A stretch of 64,000 nucleotides of DNA from Candidatus Dormiibacterota bacterium (GTDB lineage: Bacteria > Chloroflexota > Dormibacteria > Aeolococcales > Bog-877): positions 1,069 to 65,068 of the forward strand of contig JBAQYY010000102.1 in NCBI GenBank assembly GCA_049790415.1, given 5' to 3'. How positions within the stretch are numbered: position 1 is the stretch's first letter; every line of letters begins with the position of its first letter. Below, piece by piece: positions 1 to 10,376 of this stretch. The notes under the pieces were generated by a model that saw nothing but the letters and a program-made list of their open reading frames with translations, did not search any database and was not told the DNA's origin. Position numbers and translations under genes: made by a program.

Positions 1-325
1 CGTTGTAGACGCTCCCTACGGCTCCCTTCTTGGGATCGTCGGCGCCGTACACAACCCGGTCGACGCGTGCCAGCAGGAGCGCGCCGGCGCACATCGGACA
101 AGGCTCCAGCGTCGTATACACGGTTACTCCCTGTAGGCGCCACGAGCCCAGAGCCCGGGTGGCCTCAGCGATTACCAGCAGCTCGGCATGGGCAGTGGCA
201 TCCTGGGCCTCTTCCACCCGGTTGGCAGCACTTCCGATGACCGTGCCGCCGCGAACCGCCACGGCGCCGATGGGAACCTCGCCACGGTCGCCGGCCGCGG
301 CAGCCAGCTGCAGAGCGCGAGCCAT
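1..325 (-). CDS. tadA: tRNA-specific adenosine deaminase TadA (CMP/dCMP deaminase zinc-binding family), C-terminal end truncated by window start
   Basis: Minus-strand translation from the ATG at 325-323 reads MARALQLAAAAGDRGEVPIGAV...HAELLVI...PCPMCAGAL, the deaminase zinc motifs HAE and PCxxC. The plus-strand ORF 30..413 in the track is antisense to this and low-complexity. Confidence 0.75.
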   Translation of the reverse strand, partial: MARALQLAAAAGDRGEVPIGAVAVRGGTVIGSAANRVEEAQDATAHAELLVIAEATRALGSWRLQGVTVYTTLEPCPMCAGALLLARVDRVVYGADDPKKGAVGSVYN

Positions 326-426
326 GAATTCGCGGTCGGTTTCAGATAAGGAAAGGGGATTCGTTGCTGAGATGGCTATCCTCGGTTGGGGAGAACTAGG
401 GCCGCACCTATAATTTGGCCCCTCGT

Positions 427-504
427 GGTGGCTATAGCTCAGTTGGTTAGAGTGCCAGGTTGTGGCCCTGGAGGTCGAGGGTTCAAGTCCCTCTAGCCAC
501 CCCA
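427..504 (+). tRNA. tRNA-His (anticodon GTG at 462-464) with genomically encoded G-1 and encoded CCA
   Basis: Cloverleaf folded by hand: acceptor GTGGCTA/TAGCCAC, D arm GCTC..GAGT, anticodon stem CCAGG/CCTGG with loop TTGTGGC, T arm GAGGG-TTCAAGT-CCCTC, discriminator C then CCA. The extra 5' G at 427 pairs with C73, the His-specific feature. Confidence 0.9.
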
Positions 505-634
505 TCCGCCCGCCCCGGCTGGGCCGGCGGGGGTGACCCCCTGTGCTATGCTCGGCCCGACCCGGAGCCCAGCTAGACAGCGCTCGAGCGCGTGGGGCGG
601 GCTCCGTGGCGACTCAAGGAGAAAGTACCCAACA

Positions 635-901
635 ATGCTTCAGGGTGAAGCCAAAGCTGCGGTGATCGAAGGTCACCGCCAACACGAGGGTGATACCGGC
701 TCGCCCGAGGTCCAAATCGCCATCTTTAGCGAGCGGATCCGCGAGCTCACCGAGCATCTCAAGGTGCACCCCAAAGACCATCACACCCGGCGCGGTCTGC
801 TCAAGTTGGTGGGCAAGCGTCGGCGTTTGCTGGATTACCTGATGCGGGTGGACATCGCCCGCTACCGGGCGCTGATCGCCCAGTTGGGGCTGCGCCACTG
901 A
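635..901 (+). CDS. rpsO: 30S ribosomal protein S15
   Basis: [69 protein letters not shown] is a canonical S15 sequence. AAGGAG lies upstream of the ATG at 635. The track ORF starts earlier at 533, but the N-extension is non-homologous. Confidence 0.9.
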   Translation: MLQGEAKAAVIEGHRQHEGDTGSPEVQIAIFSERIRELTEHLKVHPKDHHTRRGLLKLVGKRRRLLDYLMRVDIARYRALIAQLGLRH

Positions 902-914
902 CACTGACCGATTT

Positions 915-951
915 CCGGCTTACTCGTTTGCAACCGAGAGCCGGTTACTTT
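915..951 (+). terminator. Stem-loop CCGGCT-N17-AGCCGG followed by TTACTTTT, a candidate intrinsic terminator/attenuator between rpsO and pnp
   Basis: Inverted repeat 915-920/938-943 with a T-rich tract directly after. The position, just after the rpsO stop and in the pnp leader, mirrors the E. coli rpsO-pnp arrangement. Confidence 0.4.
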
Positions 952-1136
952 TACGACCGCGAGCTCTCCCGAGCGGAGTTGCGGCAGACTTCACCGGAGC
1001 GGCAAGCGCGCGGTTGGAGACTGGCGATCGGAGCCGAACGAAGGTTCAGCTCTCATCCCCTTTCCCTAACCGCGACAGCCCTTTCCCCGGAGCAGCCTAC
1101 CTCTCTCTGCAGGCCGGAGCCGCGGGGAGGATCTCT

Positions 1137-3290
1137 ATGGAAAAGACCGTTGTTTCACGCACATTTGACGGCGCCGAACTAAGCCTCGAGACCGGCCGCC
1201 TAGCCGGCCAGGCCAACGGCGCCGTCCTGGTGCGCCAGGGCGACTCGGTGGTCCTGGTGACCGCCACCGCCAGCAAGGCGCCCCGGCCGGGGATTGACTT
1301 CTTCCCCTTGACCTGCGACTACGAGGAGAAGATGTACGCGGTGGGACGCATCCCCGGCGCCTTCATGCGCCGGGAAGCGAGGCCCTCGGAGGCCGCCATC
1401 TTGACCTCACGGATGATCGACCGTCCCATGCGGCCGCTCTTCCCCAAGGACTTTCGCAACGATGTCCAGATCGTGGCCACGGTGCTCTCCACCGACCAAG
1501 TCCACGACCCCTCCATCCTCGCTCTGGTCGGAGCCGGGGCGGCGGTGGCGATCAGCGACATCCCCCACGACGGCCCGGTGGCGGCGGTCCGGATGGGCCA
1601 GTTCGAAGGTCACCTGGTGGAGAACCCCGGCATGCCGGATTTGGAGCGCAGCCAGCTCGACCTGGTGGTGGCCGGGACCAAGGACTCTCTCAACATGGTC
1701 GAGGCTGGCGCCCGCGAGGTCTCGGAGGAGACCCTGGTCGAAGCGCTGGCAAGGGCCCACGAGCGTATCCGCGAGATCATCGGCATGATCGATGAACTGG
1801 TGGGCAAGGTGGGCCGGCCGAACATGGAGTATCCCCACGTCGGTGTCCCCGCCGAGATCAAGCAGGCGGTGGCGGACTTCGCCGCCGACCGCATCGACCA
1901 GGTCTTCCGGGAGTCCGACAAGGCCCAGCGTGACGATCAGGTGGACAAGCTTCGTGCCGAGGTGGTCGCCCAGCTCACCTCACGCTTCCCCGATCGGGTG
2001 GGCGACATCGGCGGAGCCTTCGAGTCGGTGCTCAAGTCAGCGGTCCGCCGGGCCGTGCTCGACCAGGGGATCCGCCCCGACGGGCGTCGCACCGACGAGA
2101 TCCGTCCCATCTGGTGCGAGGTCGGCGTCCTGCCGCGCGCTCACGGCAGTGCCATCTTCACCCGGGGTCAGACACAGGCCCTCTCGATCGTAACCCTGGG
2201 CACCATGTCCGACCACCAGAAGCTGGACGGGCTGGGCCTGGACGACTTCAAGCGCTATATGCACCACTACAACTTCCCGCCCTACTCGGTGGGTGAGGCC
2301 CGGCCGCTGCGTTCCCCGGGACGGCGCGAGATCGGCCATGGCGCCCTGGCCGAGCGGGCTGTCAGGGTCATGGTTCCTCCGGCTGACGACTTCCCCTACG
2401 TGATCCGGATCGTCAGCGAGATCCTCTCCAGCAACGGCAGCACCTCGATGGCCAGCGTCTGCGGCAGCACCCTGGCGCTGATGGATGCCGGCGTGCCCCT
2501 GGCTGCTCCGGTGGGAGGCATCGCCATGGGCCTGGTGACCGACGAGAAAGACCCGAGCCGCTACGCCATCCTGTCTGACATCCAGGGGATGGAGGACGCC
2601 CTCGGCGACATGGACTTCAAGGTGGCCGGTACCCGGCGCGGGGTGACCGCCCTGCAGATGGACATGAAGGCCCGGGGCCTCACCTCCGACCTCTTTCGCA
2701 AGGCGCTGGAGCAGGCCCGCCTGGGCCGTCTCTTCATCCTCGACAAGATGGCTGAGGCGCTAGCCGATCCGCGCCAGGCGATGTCCACCTACGCACCGCG
2801 CATCACCACCATCCAGATCCATCCCGACAAGATCCGCGACCTGATCGGTCCTGGTGGCAAGACCATCCGGCGGATCCAGGAGGAGACCGGCTGCCAGATC
2901 GACATCGAGGACGATGGCAAGGTCTTCTTGGCGACAGTGGACGAGGAGGCCATGCAGCGGGCGGTGGCCATGATCCGCGACCTCACCGAGTCGGTCGAGG
3001 TGGGTCGCATCTACAAGGGCAAGGTGGTTCGGATCATGCCCTTCGGCGCCTTCGTCGAGATCCTGCCTCGCCAGGACGGCCTGGTGCACATCTCCCAGCT
3101 GGCCGACCAGCGGGTGGGCAAGGTCGAGGATGTGGTCAACATCGGCGACGAGATCATGGTCAAGGTGACGGAGATCGACGACCGGGGCCGGGTCAACCTG
3201 TCCCGCAAGCAGGCGATACTGGAGCTGGCCGGTAGTCCCGCTCCGAGCGGCAACGGCGCTCCTTCCGGTGACCGCTCGCCGGGTGCCTGA
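1137..3290 (+). CDS. pnp: Polyribonucleotide nucleotidyltransferase (PNPase)
   Basis: 717 aa starting [37 protein letters not shown]. Two RNase PH-like domains plus KH and S1 regions are present ([20 protein letters not shown]). GGGAGG RBS with a 6-nt spacer before the ATG at 1137. The upstream 41 aa of the track ORF are low-complexity. Confidence 0.95.
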   Translation: MEKTVVSRTFDGAELSLETGRLAGQANGAVLVRQGDSVVLVTATASKAPRPGIDFFPLTCDYEEKMYAVGRIPGAFMRREARPSEAAILTSRMIDRPMRPLFPKDFRNDVQIVATVLSTDQVHDPSILALVGAGAAVAISDIPHDGPVAAVRMGQFEGHLVENPGMPDLERSQLDLVVAGTKDSLNMVEAGAREVSEETLVEALARAHERIREIIGMIDELVGKVGRPNMEYPHVGVPAEIKQAVADFAADRIDQVFRESDKAQRDDQVDKLRAEVVAQLTSRFPDRVGDIGGAFESVLKSAVRRAVLDQGIRPDGRRTDEIRPIWCEVGVLPRAHGSAIFTRGQTQALSIVTLGTMSDHQKLDGLGLDDFKRYMHHYNFPPYSVGEARPLRSPGRREIGHGALAERAVRVMVPPADDFPYVIRIVSEILSSNGSTSMASVCGSTLALMDAGVPLAAPVGGIAMGLVTDEKDPSRYAILSDIQGMEDALGDMDFKVAGTRRGVTALQMDMKARGLTSDLFRKALEQARLGRLFILDKMAEALADPRQAMSTYAPRITTIQIHPDKIRDLIGPGGKTIRRIQEETGCQIDIEDDGKVFLATVDEEAMQRAVAMIRDLTESVEVGRIYKGKVVRIMPFGAFVEILPRQDGLVHISQLADQRVGKVEDVVNIGDEIMVKVTEIDDRGRVNLSRKQAILELAGSPAPSGNGAPSGDRSPGA

Positions 3291-3942
3291 TTCGAGTTTG
3301 GACCTGGCGCTGGGGGCGCAGGCCCGGCTGGACGCGATTGGCGTCCAGGTCCGGGCCTGCAACCTCTGCCCACTTCATCTAAGTCGAACCCAAGGCGTCC
3401 CTGGAGTCGGGCCAGCGACGGCTCGCATCATGGCGGTGGGCGAAGCTCCCGGTGAGAGCGAGGACCGCGAGGGTAGACCCTTCGTGGGAGCCGCTGGACG
3501 GCTGCTTACCCAGTTGCTGGAGGAGATCGGCCTGAGCCGAGAAGACATCTTCATCACCAACGTGCTCAAGTCGCGGCCCCCGGGCAATCGAGATCCCCTG
3601 CCCGAGGAGGTCATCGCCTGCGCTCCCTACCTGGACGCCCAGATCGAGGTGCTCCAGCCAGAAGTGATCCTGCTGCTGGGGCGGCATGCTCTGCAGCGGC
3701 TCTTGCCTCAGGCCGCGGGGATCTCCCGGGCTCACGGCACGCTGGTGCGCCAAGGCGAGCGCACCTACATGCCCTGCTACCACCCCGCTGCCGCGCTCTA
3801 TAACGGTGGCCTTCTGGGAGTGTTGCGCCAGGACTTCCAGCGGCTCAAGGAACATCTCGGCCAGCCGCCGCCCTCGCCCCCGGTGGCGGCCCCGGCGGAG
3901 GCTCCAGTGGTTCCTGCCGACGAGCAGCTTGGCCTCTTCTAA
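3268..3942 (+). CDS. Uracil-DNA glycosylase, family 4 (UdgA-like, Fe-S type)
   Basis: CNLCPLHLSRTQGVPGVGPATARIMAVGEAPGESEDREGRPFVGAAG...ITNVLKSRPPGNRDP matches the family 4 UDG motifs (CxxC, GEAPG, NxxKxRPP). GTG start overlaps the pnp 3' end by 23 nt, and the exact start is uncertain. Confidence 0.8.
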   Translation: MTARRVPDSSLDLALGAQARLDAIGVQVRACNLCPLHLSRTQGVPGVGPATARIMAVGEAPGESEDREGRPFVGAAGRLLTQLLEEIGLSREDIFITNVLKSRPPGNRDPLPEEVIACAPYLDAQIEVLQPEVILLLGRHALQRLLPQAAGISRAHGTLVRQGERTYMPCYHPAAALYNGGLLGVLRQDFQRLKEHLGQPPPSPPVAAPAEAPVVPADEQLGLF

Positions 3943-3955
3943 CCAGACTTCGGAA

Positions 3956-5623
3956 TTGGCTGCTGCCGACTTCCTGGCCCAGCCGGCGCCGGGGATCCTG
4001 CGTTTCATCCCGCTGGGTGGGGTGGGGGAGATCGGCAAGAACCTGGCGCTGCTCGAGGTGGGCCCCGATGTCGTCGTCATCGATGCCGGCTTGGCCTTTC
4101 CGGAGGAGGAGACCCCCGGGGTGGACGTGGTGCTGCCGGACATCTCCTTTCTGCGTACCCGGCGGGATCGACTCCGGGCGGTTCTGCTCACCCACGGCCA
4201 CGAGGACCACATCGGGGCGCTCCCCTTCTATCTGAAGGAGCTCGGGGTGCCTGTCTACGGCACTCGAATGACCATCGGCCTGCTGCGCAACAAACTCGAG
4301 CGTCGGGGCTTCGCCGGCCACGCCACGCTGGCCGAGACTGAGCTGGGCCAGGCGTTCGCGGTGGGCCAACTCCAGGTGGAGCTCTTTCACATGACCCACA
4401 GTGTGCCCGGCAGCTGCGGTCTCGCCATTCATACTCCGGCCGGCCTGGTGGTGCACACCGGGGACTTCAAGCTCGACCAGTCCCCAGTCGGCGGGGTGGT
4501 TCCCGATCTGGGCCGGCTGGCTCACCTGGGCGGGGAGGGGGTGCGTCTCCTACTAAGCGACAGTACCAACGCAACCGTGGCCGGACTGACCCCCTCGGAG
4601 CTGACCGTGCGACCCGCTCTGAAGGAAGCCCTGGAGGATGCGCCCGGGCGGGTGTTGATGGTGACCTTCGCCAGCAATCTAGCGCGCATGCGGCAGACCC
4701 TGGAGCTGGCCGAGCAGGCCGGCCGGCGCTGCTGTCTGGTCGGGCGGCGCATGCTCCGCAACACCGATACCGCGCGCCAGCTGGGCTACCTCAACATCCC
4801 TCCCGGTCTGCTGGCTGCTCCCCGGGAGCTGGCCAGCATCCCCCCCCGGGAGCTCTGCCTCCTGGCGACCGGATCCCAGGGCGAACCACTGGCGGCGCTT
4901 AGTCGTATTGCCGCCGGCAGCCACCCCTTCATCCGCCTCCGGGACGACGACACCGTGGTCCTGGCCGCCAACCCCATCCCAGGTAACGAGGCCACCGTCG
5001 GGCGCATCGTCAACCAACTCGTCGAGCGCGGTGTGCGCGTTCTCGCTGGCAGTGCCTCTGGCGTTCATGCCAGTGGACATGCGGCCCAGGAGGAGCTGCG
5101 CTTTCTCCTGGAGGTGGTTAGGCCGCATTACTTCATCCCGGTCCACGGCGAGCCCCGTCACCTGGCTGCCCACGCCCAACTGGCCAGTCAGGTGGGGCTG
5201 GCTGCGGGCGCAGTCTCGATCCTGGAGAACGGCGATGTGGCGGAGATCTCAGCGAGTGAGATGCAGGTCCGGGGTAGCGTCAGTGTTGGCTCCATTCCCA
5301 TCGATGCCGAAGGTAAAGGGCTTGCTGCCGGTGCCACCCCCAGTCTGACCCCGATTCCGGTTGTGGTCGTCTCGGTGACCATGAACCGAACCCTGAGCAA
5401 GCTCCTGGCCGGTCCAGAGACCGTCCTGGTGGGAGATGCGGAGCAAGCGGAGCGCCGCCTTATCGACGGCGGCCGCGAGCAGGTTCGCCATGCCCTCCGC
5501 GGGCGGAGGGCCTTCCGCGACCCCGGGGCCGTGCGCCGGGCGGTAGGAGCGGCGATGGAGGATCACCTGGCGGCCAGCGGCCCCTGGCGCCCCCGGGTGG
5601 TGGCCGTCGTCAGCCTCGTCTAG
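3956..5623 (+). CDS. rnj: Ribonuclease J (metallo-beta-lactamase / beta-CASP RNase)
   Basis: LRFIPLGGVGEIGKNLALLEVGPDVVVIDAGLAFP...LTHGHEDHIGALPFYL (HxHxDH motif), ~555 aa. TTG at 3956 is the first in-frame start after the UDG stop. The track ORF begins at 3686 inside the UDG gene. Confidence 0.85.
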   Translation: MAAADFLAQPAPGILRFIPLGGVGEIGKNLALLEVGPDVVVIDAGLAFPEEETPGVDVVLPDISFLRTRRDRLRAVLLTHGHEDHIGALPFYLKELGVPVYGTRMTIGLLRNKLERRGFAGHATLAETELGQAFAVGQLQVELFHMTHSVPGSCGLAIHTPAGLVVHTGDFKLDQSPVGGVVPDLGRLAHLGGEGVRLLLSDSTNATVAGLTPSELTVRPALKEALEDAPGRVLMVTFASNLARMRQTLELAEQAGRRCCLVGRRMLRNTDTARQLGYLNIPPGLLAAPRELASIPPRELCLLATGSQGEPLAALSRIAAGSHPFIRLRDDDTVVLAANPIPGNEATVGRIVNQLVERGVRVLAGSASGVHASGHAAQEELRFLLEVVRPHYFIPVHGEPRHLAAHAQLASQVGLAAGAVSILENGDVAEISASEMQVRGSVSVGSIPIDAEGKGLAAGATPSLTPIPVVVVSVTMNRTLSKLLAGPETVLVGDAEQAERRLIDGGREQVRHALRGRRAFRDPGAVRRAVGAAMEDHLAASGPWRPRVVAVVSLV

Positions 5624-5626
5624 TCG

Positions 5627-6850
5627 GTGGGCCGAACTCTTCGCTGGGTGGCACTCGGGGTGGCGGTCTTGGTCATCCTGGGAGCGGGGGCGGCCGCCGG
5701 AGCCCAACTGAAGCGCCCGGTTCCACGACCAACTCTCCATCGTGAAATCGCCAGCTCCCTGCGCGTTCCTGGAAGCGCACCCGCCTTGCCGCTGCCGGCA
5801 ACAGGACAAGCCGCCCTCTACCTGCCCGGCTTCGGCTGGCTGGGGTCGTCTTCCGCCGAGACGGCCGTGCCCATCGCCAGCGTCACCAAAATCGTCACTG
5901 CTCTGGTCGTTCTCAGGGCGCATCCCCTGAGCTCGGGATCAGTGGGGCCAGCGGTGACCGTCGCCCCCAGCGACGTCGCCCTCTACCAAAGCGAGATTGC
6001 CCAGGGCGACTCGGTGGTGGCAGTGCAAGCGGGGGAGAGTCTCACCGAGCTGCAGCTCCTGGAGGGTTTGCTGCTGCCTTCCGGGGACAACCTGGCAGTA
6101 CTGCTGGCCGACTGGGTGGCGGGATCAGAGCCGGCCTTCGTGGCGCGGATGAACCAGCTGGTATCCACGCTCCACCTGAGGGACACCCATTTCACCGACA
6201 GCAGTGGCTTGGACCCCGCCAGCGTGAGCTCGGCTCGCGACCTGGTGACCCTGGCTGTCCTGGCCATGAAGAATCCAGTCTTTGCCTCGGTGGTGGCCAT
6301 GCCTGAAGTCACCCTGCCGGTAGCCGGAACGCTCCACAACTACAACCCGATCTTGGGCCAGGCCGGCGTGGTCGGAATCAAGACGGGGTGGACGGCGGCA
6401 GCGCTCGGATGTCTGGTCTTCGCCGCCAACACGGAGGTGGCGGGCCGACCAGTCCAACTCATCGGAGCCGTGCTCGGTCAGCCAGGCGGTCCGGAGTCGG
6501 GCCTCGTCGCGGCTGCCCGGGTAGCGTCGGCGCTGCTTTCGGCGGGGGAGTCCGGGCTGCGCCTGGTTCGCCTGCCCACCCCGGGCACACTGGTTGCCCG
6601 GCTGACGGCGCCCTGGTCGAAGAGCATTGCCGTCCGCGCCGGCGCTACCCTCTCGCTGGTCGCCCAGGCGGGAGCTGGTCTGGCTTGGTCCATCCGCTCT
6701 GAGATCCCGCGCCTACCCCTGCGGCGACGCTCGGAGGTGGGCTATTTGACGTTGACCACGCCGGTCGGGATCTGGCGCCGAGTGCCGCTGCTGGCGGCGC
6801 GCGGATTGACGGGCCCGAGCTTGTGGTGGCGCCTGACCCGCCACCCGTAG
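5627..6850 (+). CDS. D-alanyl-D-alanine carboxypeptidase (peptidase S11, PBP5/6-like)
   Basis: N-terminal signal/TM, then SVTK (SxxK), SGDN (SxN) and KTGWT (KTG), the active-site triad motifs of low-MW PBPs. GTG start 4 nt after the rnj stop. Confidence 0.75.
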   Translation: MGRTLRWVALGVAVLVILGAGAAAGAQLKRPVPRPTLHREIASSLRVPGSAPALPLPATGQAALYLPGFGWLGSSSAETAVPIASVTKIVTALVVLRAHPLSSGSVGPAVTVAPSDVALYQSEIAQGDSVVAVQAGESLTELQLLEGLLLPSGDNLAVLLADWVAGSEPAFVARMNQLVSTLHLRDTHFTDSSGLDPASVSSARDLVTLAVLAMKNPVFASVVAMPEVTLPVAGTLHNYNPILGQAGVVGIKTGWTAAALGCLVFAANTEVAGRPVQLIGAVLGQPGGPESGLVAAARVASALLSAGESGLRLVRLPTPGTLVARLTAPWSKSIAVRAGATLSLVAQAGAGLAWSIRSEIPRLPLRRRSEVGYLTLTTPVGIWRRVPLLAARGLTGPSLWWRLTRHP

Positions 6851-6947
6851 GGCGAGCAGATGTGCGGTCTCGCTGCTAGACTTCGGCCAGCGGGTGGCAA
6901 TACCGCTTCAGACCCATCCAATCCCACCCATGTCAACGCCCTCATAG

Positions 6948-9263
6948 ATGGCGAAAACGAAGCGGCGCCGGGCGCCGAGTCCGCGGGCGGCCAGCCCTCG
7001 ACGTAGACCGTCGACCGCGCGAGGGCGGCGCCCCACGAGTCCTGCCCTGCGTCTCAAGTCGACCCAGCGGCGCGAGCTGGCCGGGGTCAGCGCCATCGCC
7101 TTGGGCTTGATCTGGATGATCCTCCTCGCCTTCCCCCAGGCCAAGATCGCATTCGACTTCGGTCGGGCGATCTCGGATGCGGTGGGGATCGGGGGCTGGA
7201 TCATCGGAGTCGGCCTGCTTGCCGGTGGGGTTGGCATGCTGGCCTCAAGAACCTCAGAGAGAAGCGGTGGCCAGGTGTTGCTGGCGCTGGTGGTGTCGGC
7301 CGTTTCCGCCATTGCCATGGCGGCTACCGTTCAGCACGGGAGTGGAGGAGCGCTCGGCGCGGCGATTGGACCGCGGTTGGCGGATCTGGTGGGGGCTCCG
7401 CCGACCCTGGTGGCACTGGCCGCGCTGGCATTGGCGGGGTTGATCGTAGGCTTGGAGATCTACCCTTCGCGACTCTCGGTGCGCGCCTTCGGCCAGCTGG
7501 GTGATGCCGCTTCTCGTGCCTTTGCCTCCGACGGGGCAACTTCGGTTCGCGGTCGACTGGCGGCAACGCCCGCCAGCGGAAACGGACACGGACCTCTGGG
7601 CGGGCAGCTGCCCCAAATCGCCGAGAGCGACGATCCTGGGCCGGGCCCGGATGAAGTTGCTCCGGAGGCGTTCCAGCGGATCTTCGAGGGCCTGGAAGAT
7701 CTGGAGCCAGACCAGATCGCCGTCGAGGCGGCGGCTGAGGCCGTTGAGGTGGGAGGGAGTCCAGTCGCTCCAGCCGTGCGGACGTCCGCTCCCCAGCCCA
7801 CCGACGAACTCGACGACGAGCCCGAGCCCATCTGGATCCTTCCCAGCGTCGAGTTGCTCGATTCCGCCAGTGGCAAGCGGGAGCGGCTCCGGGACGAAAT
7901 CCGGAGCCGAATTCGCACCATCGAGTCCACCCTGGCCAACTTCGGGGTGCAGTGCAAGGTGATGGGTGTCAACGCTGGGCCGACGGTGACCCAGTACGAG
8001 CTCCAGCCGGCCCCCGGCGTGGCGGTTCGCAAGGTCCTCGCCTACCAGCCTGACCTCTCGATGGCCCTGGCGGCGCCGATCCGGATCCAGGCTCCCATCC
8101 CCGGTAAATCGGCCATCGGCATCGAGGTACCCAACAAGGCAGCTCAGCTGGTGACGCTCAAGGAGGTGGTTCAAGCCCCCACCTTTAATGGCGTCAAGAG
8201 CAAGCTGGCCGTAGCCTTGGGGGCGGACGTCAGCGGCCATCCCGTGCTGGGCGACCTGGCCGGGATGCCCCATCTCCTCATCGCCGGTACTACCGGGTCG
8301 GGCAAGAGCGTCTGCATCAATGCGGTACTGGCCGGGCTGCTCCTGCAGTCCACCCCCCGCGATCTGCGCCTGATCCTGGTCGATCCCAAGCGCGTCGAGC
8401 TGAGCAACTTCTCCGGACTTCCCCACCTCCTGGTCCCGGTGGTGGTCGACGCCGATCCGGCCGTGGCCGCGCTGCGCTGGGCGGTGATGGAGATGGAGCA
8501 GCGCTACAAGCTCTTCGCTGGTCACGGGGCCCGCAACATCACCAACTTCAACGACCGAGCTCCTCAGCTAGGGCTGCGTACCCTGCCCAAAATCGTGATC
8601 GTGATCGACGAGCTCGCCGATCTGATGATGGTGGCCGCCAACGAGATCGAGGACCTCATCTGTCGCATCGCCCAGCTGGCCCGGGCGGTGGGTATCCACC
8701 TGATCGTGGCCACGCAGCGGCCATCGGCCGACATCATCACCGGCCTGATCAAGGCCAACATCCCTTCGCGGATCGCCTTCGCGGTGAGCAGCGGCGTCGA
8801 CTCGCGGGTGATCCTCGATGAGATGGGCGCCGAGAAGCTCCTCGGGCGAGGGGACATGCTCTACTTACCCATCGACGCTGGCAAGGCGGTGCGCCTGCAG
8901 GGGGCTTACGTTTCCGACCGGGAGCTGGACCAGCTGATCGGCTGGTGGAAGGCGCAGGGCCGGCCTCACTATCAGGAGGAGATCCTCCAGGCAGCGGCTC
9001 TAGCACCCGCGCTGGGCGATCCGGTGCTCAAGCGCGATCCCCTCTTCGAGCGGGCCGGGCGGATCGTCATCGGGGAGCAGCGCGGTGCTGCCTCACTGCT
9101 GCAGCGCAAGCTCAACGTTGGGTATACCCGGGCGGCGCGGCTCATCGACCAGCTCTCCGACGCCCGGGTGGTGGGACCCTACGAAGGCAGCAAATCGCGC
9201 GAGGTGCTGATGAACCTGGCCGAGTTGGAGCAGATGCTCGACTCCAACGAGGATGGCGACTAG
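6948..9263 (+). CDS. ftsK: DNA translocase FtsK/SpoIIIE
   Basis: N-terminal membrane segments, a Pro/Ala-rich linker, then the motor domain: GTTGSGKSVCINAVLAGLLL (Walker A), ILVDPKRVEL, VIVIDELADLMM (Walker B), and a C-terminal gamma domain with LLQRKLNVGYTRAARLIDQL. Confidence 0.9.
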   Translation: MAKTKRRRAPSPRAASPRRRPSTARGRRPTSPALRLKSTQRRELAGVSAIALGLIWMILLAFPQAKIAFDFGRAISDAVGIGGWIIGVGLLAGGVGMLASRTSERSGGQVLLALVVSAVSAIAMAATVQHGSGGALGAAIGPRLADLVGAPPTLVALAALALAGLIVGLEIYPSRLSVRAFGQLGDAASRAFASDGATSVRGRLAATPASGNGHGPLGGQLPQIAESDDPGPGPDEVAPEAFQRIFEGLEDLEPDQIAVEAAAEAVEVGGSPVAPAVRTSAPQPTDELDDEPEPIWILPSVELLDSASGKRERLRDEIRSRIRTIESTLANFGVQCKVMGVNAGPTVTQYELQPAPGVAVRKVLAYQPDLSMALAAPIRIQAPIPGKSAIGIEVPNKAAQLVTLKEVVQAPTFNGVKSKLAVALGADVSGHPVLGDLAGMPHLLIAGTTGSGKSVCINAVLAGLLLQSTPRDLRLILVDPKRVELSNFSGLPHLLVPVVVDADPAVAALRWAVMEMEQRYKLFAGHGARNITNFNDRAPQLGLRTLPKIVIVIDELADLMMVAANEIEDLICRIAQLARAVGIHLIVATQRPSADIITGLIKANIPSRIAFAVSSGVDSRVILDEMGAEKLLGRGDMLYLPIDAGKAVRLQGAYVSDRELDQLIGWWKAQGRPHYQEEILQAAALAPALGDPVLKRDPLFERAGRIVIGEQRGAASLLQRKLNVGYTRAARLIDQLSDARVVGPYEGSKSREVLMNLAELEQMLDSNEDGD

Positions 9264-9279
9264 CCGCTAGGCTTGGCGA

Positions 9280-9774
9280 GTGGCCAGCAGCGAGCATTCC
9301 TTCGACGTGGTCTCCGACTTCGACCGCCAGGAATTGGTCAATGCGGTAGAGCAGGCCAAGCGGGAAATCGCCACCCGATACGACTTCAAAGACGTCACCG
9401 CGGAGCTCGATCTGCACGACAAGGAGATCGTCCTTCTGGCGGCCTCCGACGGCCGGGCCGACGCCATTCTGGACGTCCTCAAGGGCAAGCTGGTGCGCCG
9501 CCAGCTGTCGCTCAAGATCCTCGACCCGGGCAAGCCCGAACCGGCCGCCAAGGGCAACGTCCGCCAGGTGATTCAGCTGCGCAAGGGGATTGCCGAGGAG
9601 ACGGCCCGCGACCTGACCAAGCGGATCAAGGCCAACCACGGCAAAGTGCAAGTGCGGATCCAGGGGGACGAGCTGCGAGTCAGCAGCAAGGACAAGGACG
9701 CGCTGCAGGCGGTCATCAAGGAGCTCCGCGAGCTGGACCTGCCGGTGCCCCTGCAGTACACCAACTACCGATGA
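9280..9774 (+). CDS. yajQ: YajQ family (UPF0234) nucleotide-binding protein
   Basis: SFDVVSDFDRQELVNAVEQAKREIATRYDFKD...KANHGKVQVRIQGDELRVSSKDKDALQAVIKELRE matches the YajQ family closely. GTG start. The large overlapping ORF 9273..10376 is a different frame. Confidence 0.8.
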   Translation: MASSEHSFDVVSDFDRQELVNAVEQAKREIATRYDFKDVTAELDLHDKEIVLLAASDGRADAILDVLKGKLVRRQLSLKILDPGKPEPAAKGNVRQVIQLRKGIAEETARDLTKRIKANHGKVQVRIQGDELRVSSKDKDALQAVIKELRELDLPVPLQYTNYR

Positions 9775-10376
9775 CCACCAGGGGGACCACCGCTCCCCCT
9801 AGGACGACCGGGGAGGCGGCTGCACCACTCGAGGTGAGCTGGCATGGAGCGGCCAACCTGATCACCCTAAGTCGGCTCGGCCTCATCCCGGTGATCCTCT
9901 TCTGCCTGGAGGCGGGCTTCCAAGGCAGCCACCAGCTGGCCGCCGGGCTCTTTGTCTTGGGGGCGGCCACCGACAGTCTGGACGGGATGGTTGCCCGACG
10001 CCGCCACCAGGTCAGCTCGTTGGGGATTTTTCTCGACCCACTGGCCGACAAGCTGCTGGTGATCGCGGCTCTCTTCCCCCTGGTCAGCGAGGGTGCTCTG
10101 CCTGCCTGGGCTGGATTCGTGATCGTGGCCCGCGAGGTGGCGGTAGTGATCCTGCGCGCCCGGGGCACGCGCTCGGGGATCTCGATCAGCGCCAACCGGG
10201 TGGCCAAGCTCAAGACGCTTAGTCAGGATGCCATGGTCGTCATCCTGATCCTCCAGCGCCCCTTCACCGAGTTGCGCGGAGCGTCCGGGTGGTTGGTTGC
10301 CCTGGCCCTCGTCTTCACCGTCTGGAGTGGGGGCGTCTACCTCTGGCGCTTCCGATCTCTGATCAGTTGGCGATGA
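9771..10376 (+). CDS. pgsA: CDP-diacylglycerol--glycerol-3-phosphate 3-phosphatidyltransferase (CDP-alcohol phosphatidyltransferase)
   Basis: ANLITLSRLGLIPVILF...GAATDSLDGMVARRRHQVSSLGIFLDPLADKLLV is the D-x2-DG-x2-AR..G-x3-D-x3-D motif. The ATG at 9771 overlaps the yajQ stop (ATGA). GTG 9831 is an alternative start. Only the last ~200 aa of the track ORF 9273..10376 are real. Confidence 0.8.
   Translation: MTTRGTTAPPRTTGEAAAPLEVSWHGAANLITLSRLGLIPVILFCLEAGFQGSHQLAAGLFVLGAATDSLDGMVARRRHQVSSLGIFLDPLADKLLVIAALFPLVSEGALPAWAGFVIVAREVAVVILRARGTRSGISISANRVAKLKTLSQDAMVVILILQRPFTELRGASGWLVALALVFTVWSGGVYLWRFRSLISWR

Noticed and set aside
30-413. 127-aa plus-strand ORF at the window start
   Set aside because: Low-complexity Ala/Ser/Arg-rich translation. 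It is exactly antisense to a well-conserved tadA reading frame on the minus strand, a typical high-GC shadow ORF.
7254-8525. 423-aa minus-strand ORF inside ftsK (and similar long antisense ORFs 12337..13176 in rny, 38623..39582 in the S53 gene, 40123..40893 in the ECF-like gene, 47208..48332 opposite the GH gene, 52660..53131 region opposite aspC)
   Set aside because: All lie antisense to genes with strong, recognisable homology. Their translations are Gly/Arg/Asp-rich low-complexity sequence with no motifs. These are expected stop-codon-poor frames in ~68% GC DNA.
9273-9770. N-terminal 166 codons of track ORF 9273..10376 (R/G/P/Q-rich)
   Set aside because: Occupies the yajQ gene in another frame and is pure low-complexity. 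Only the C-terminal CDP-alcohol phosphatidyltransferase part (from 9771) is credible.
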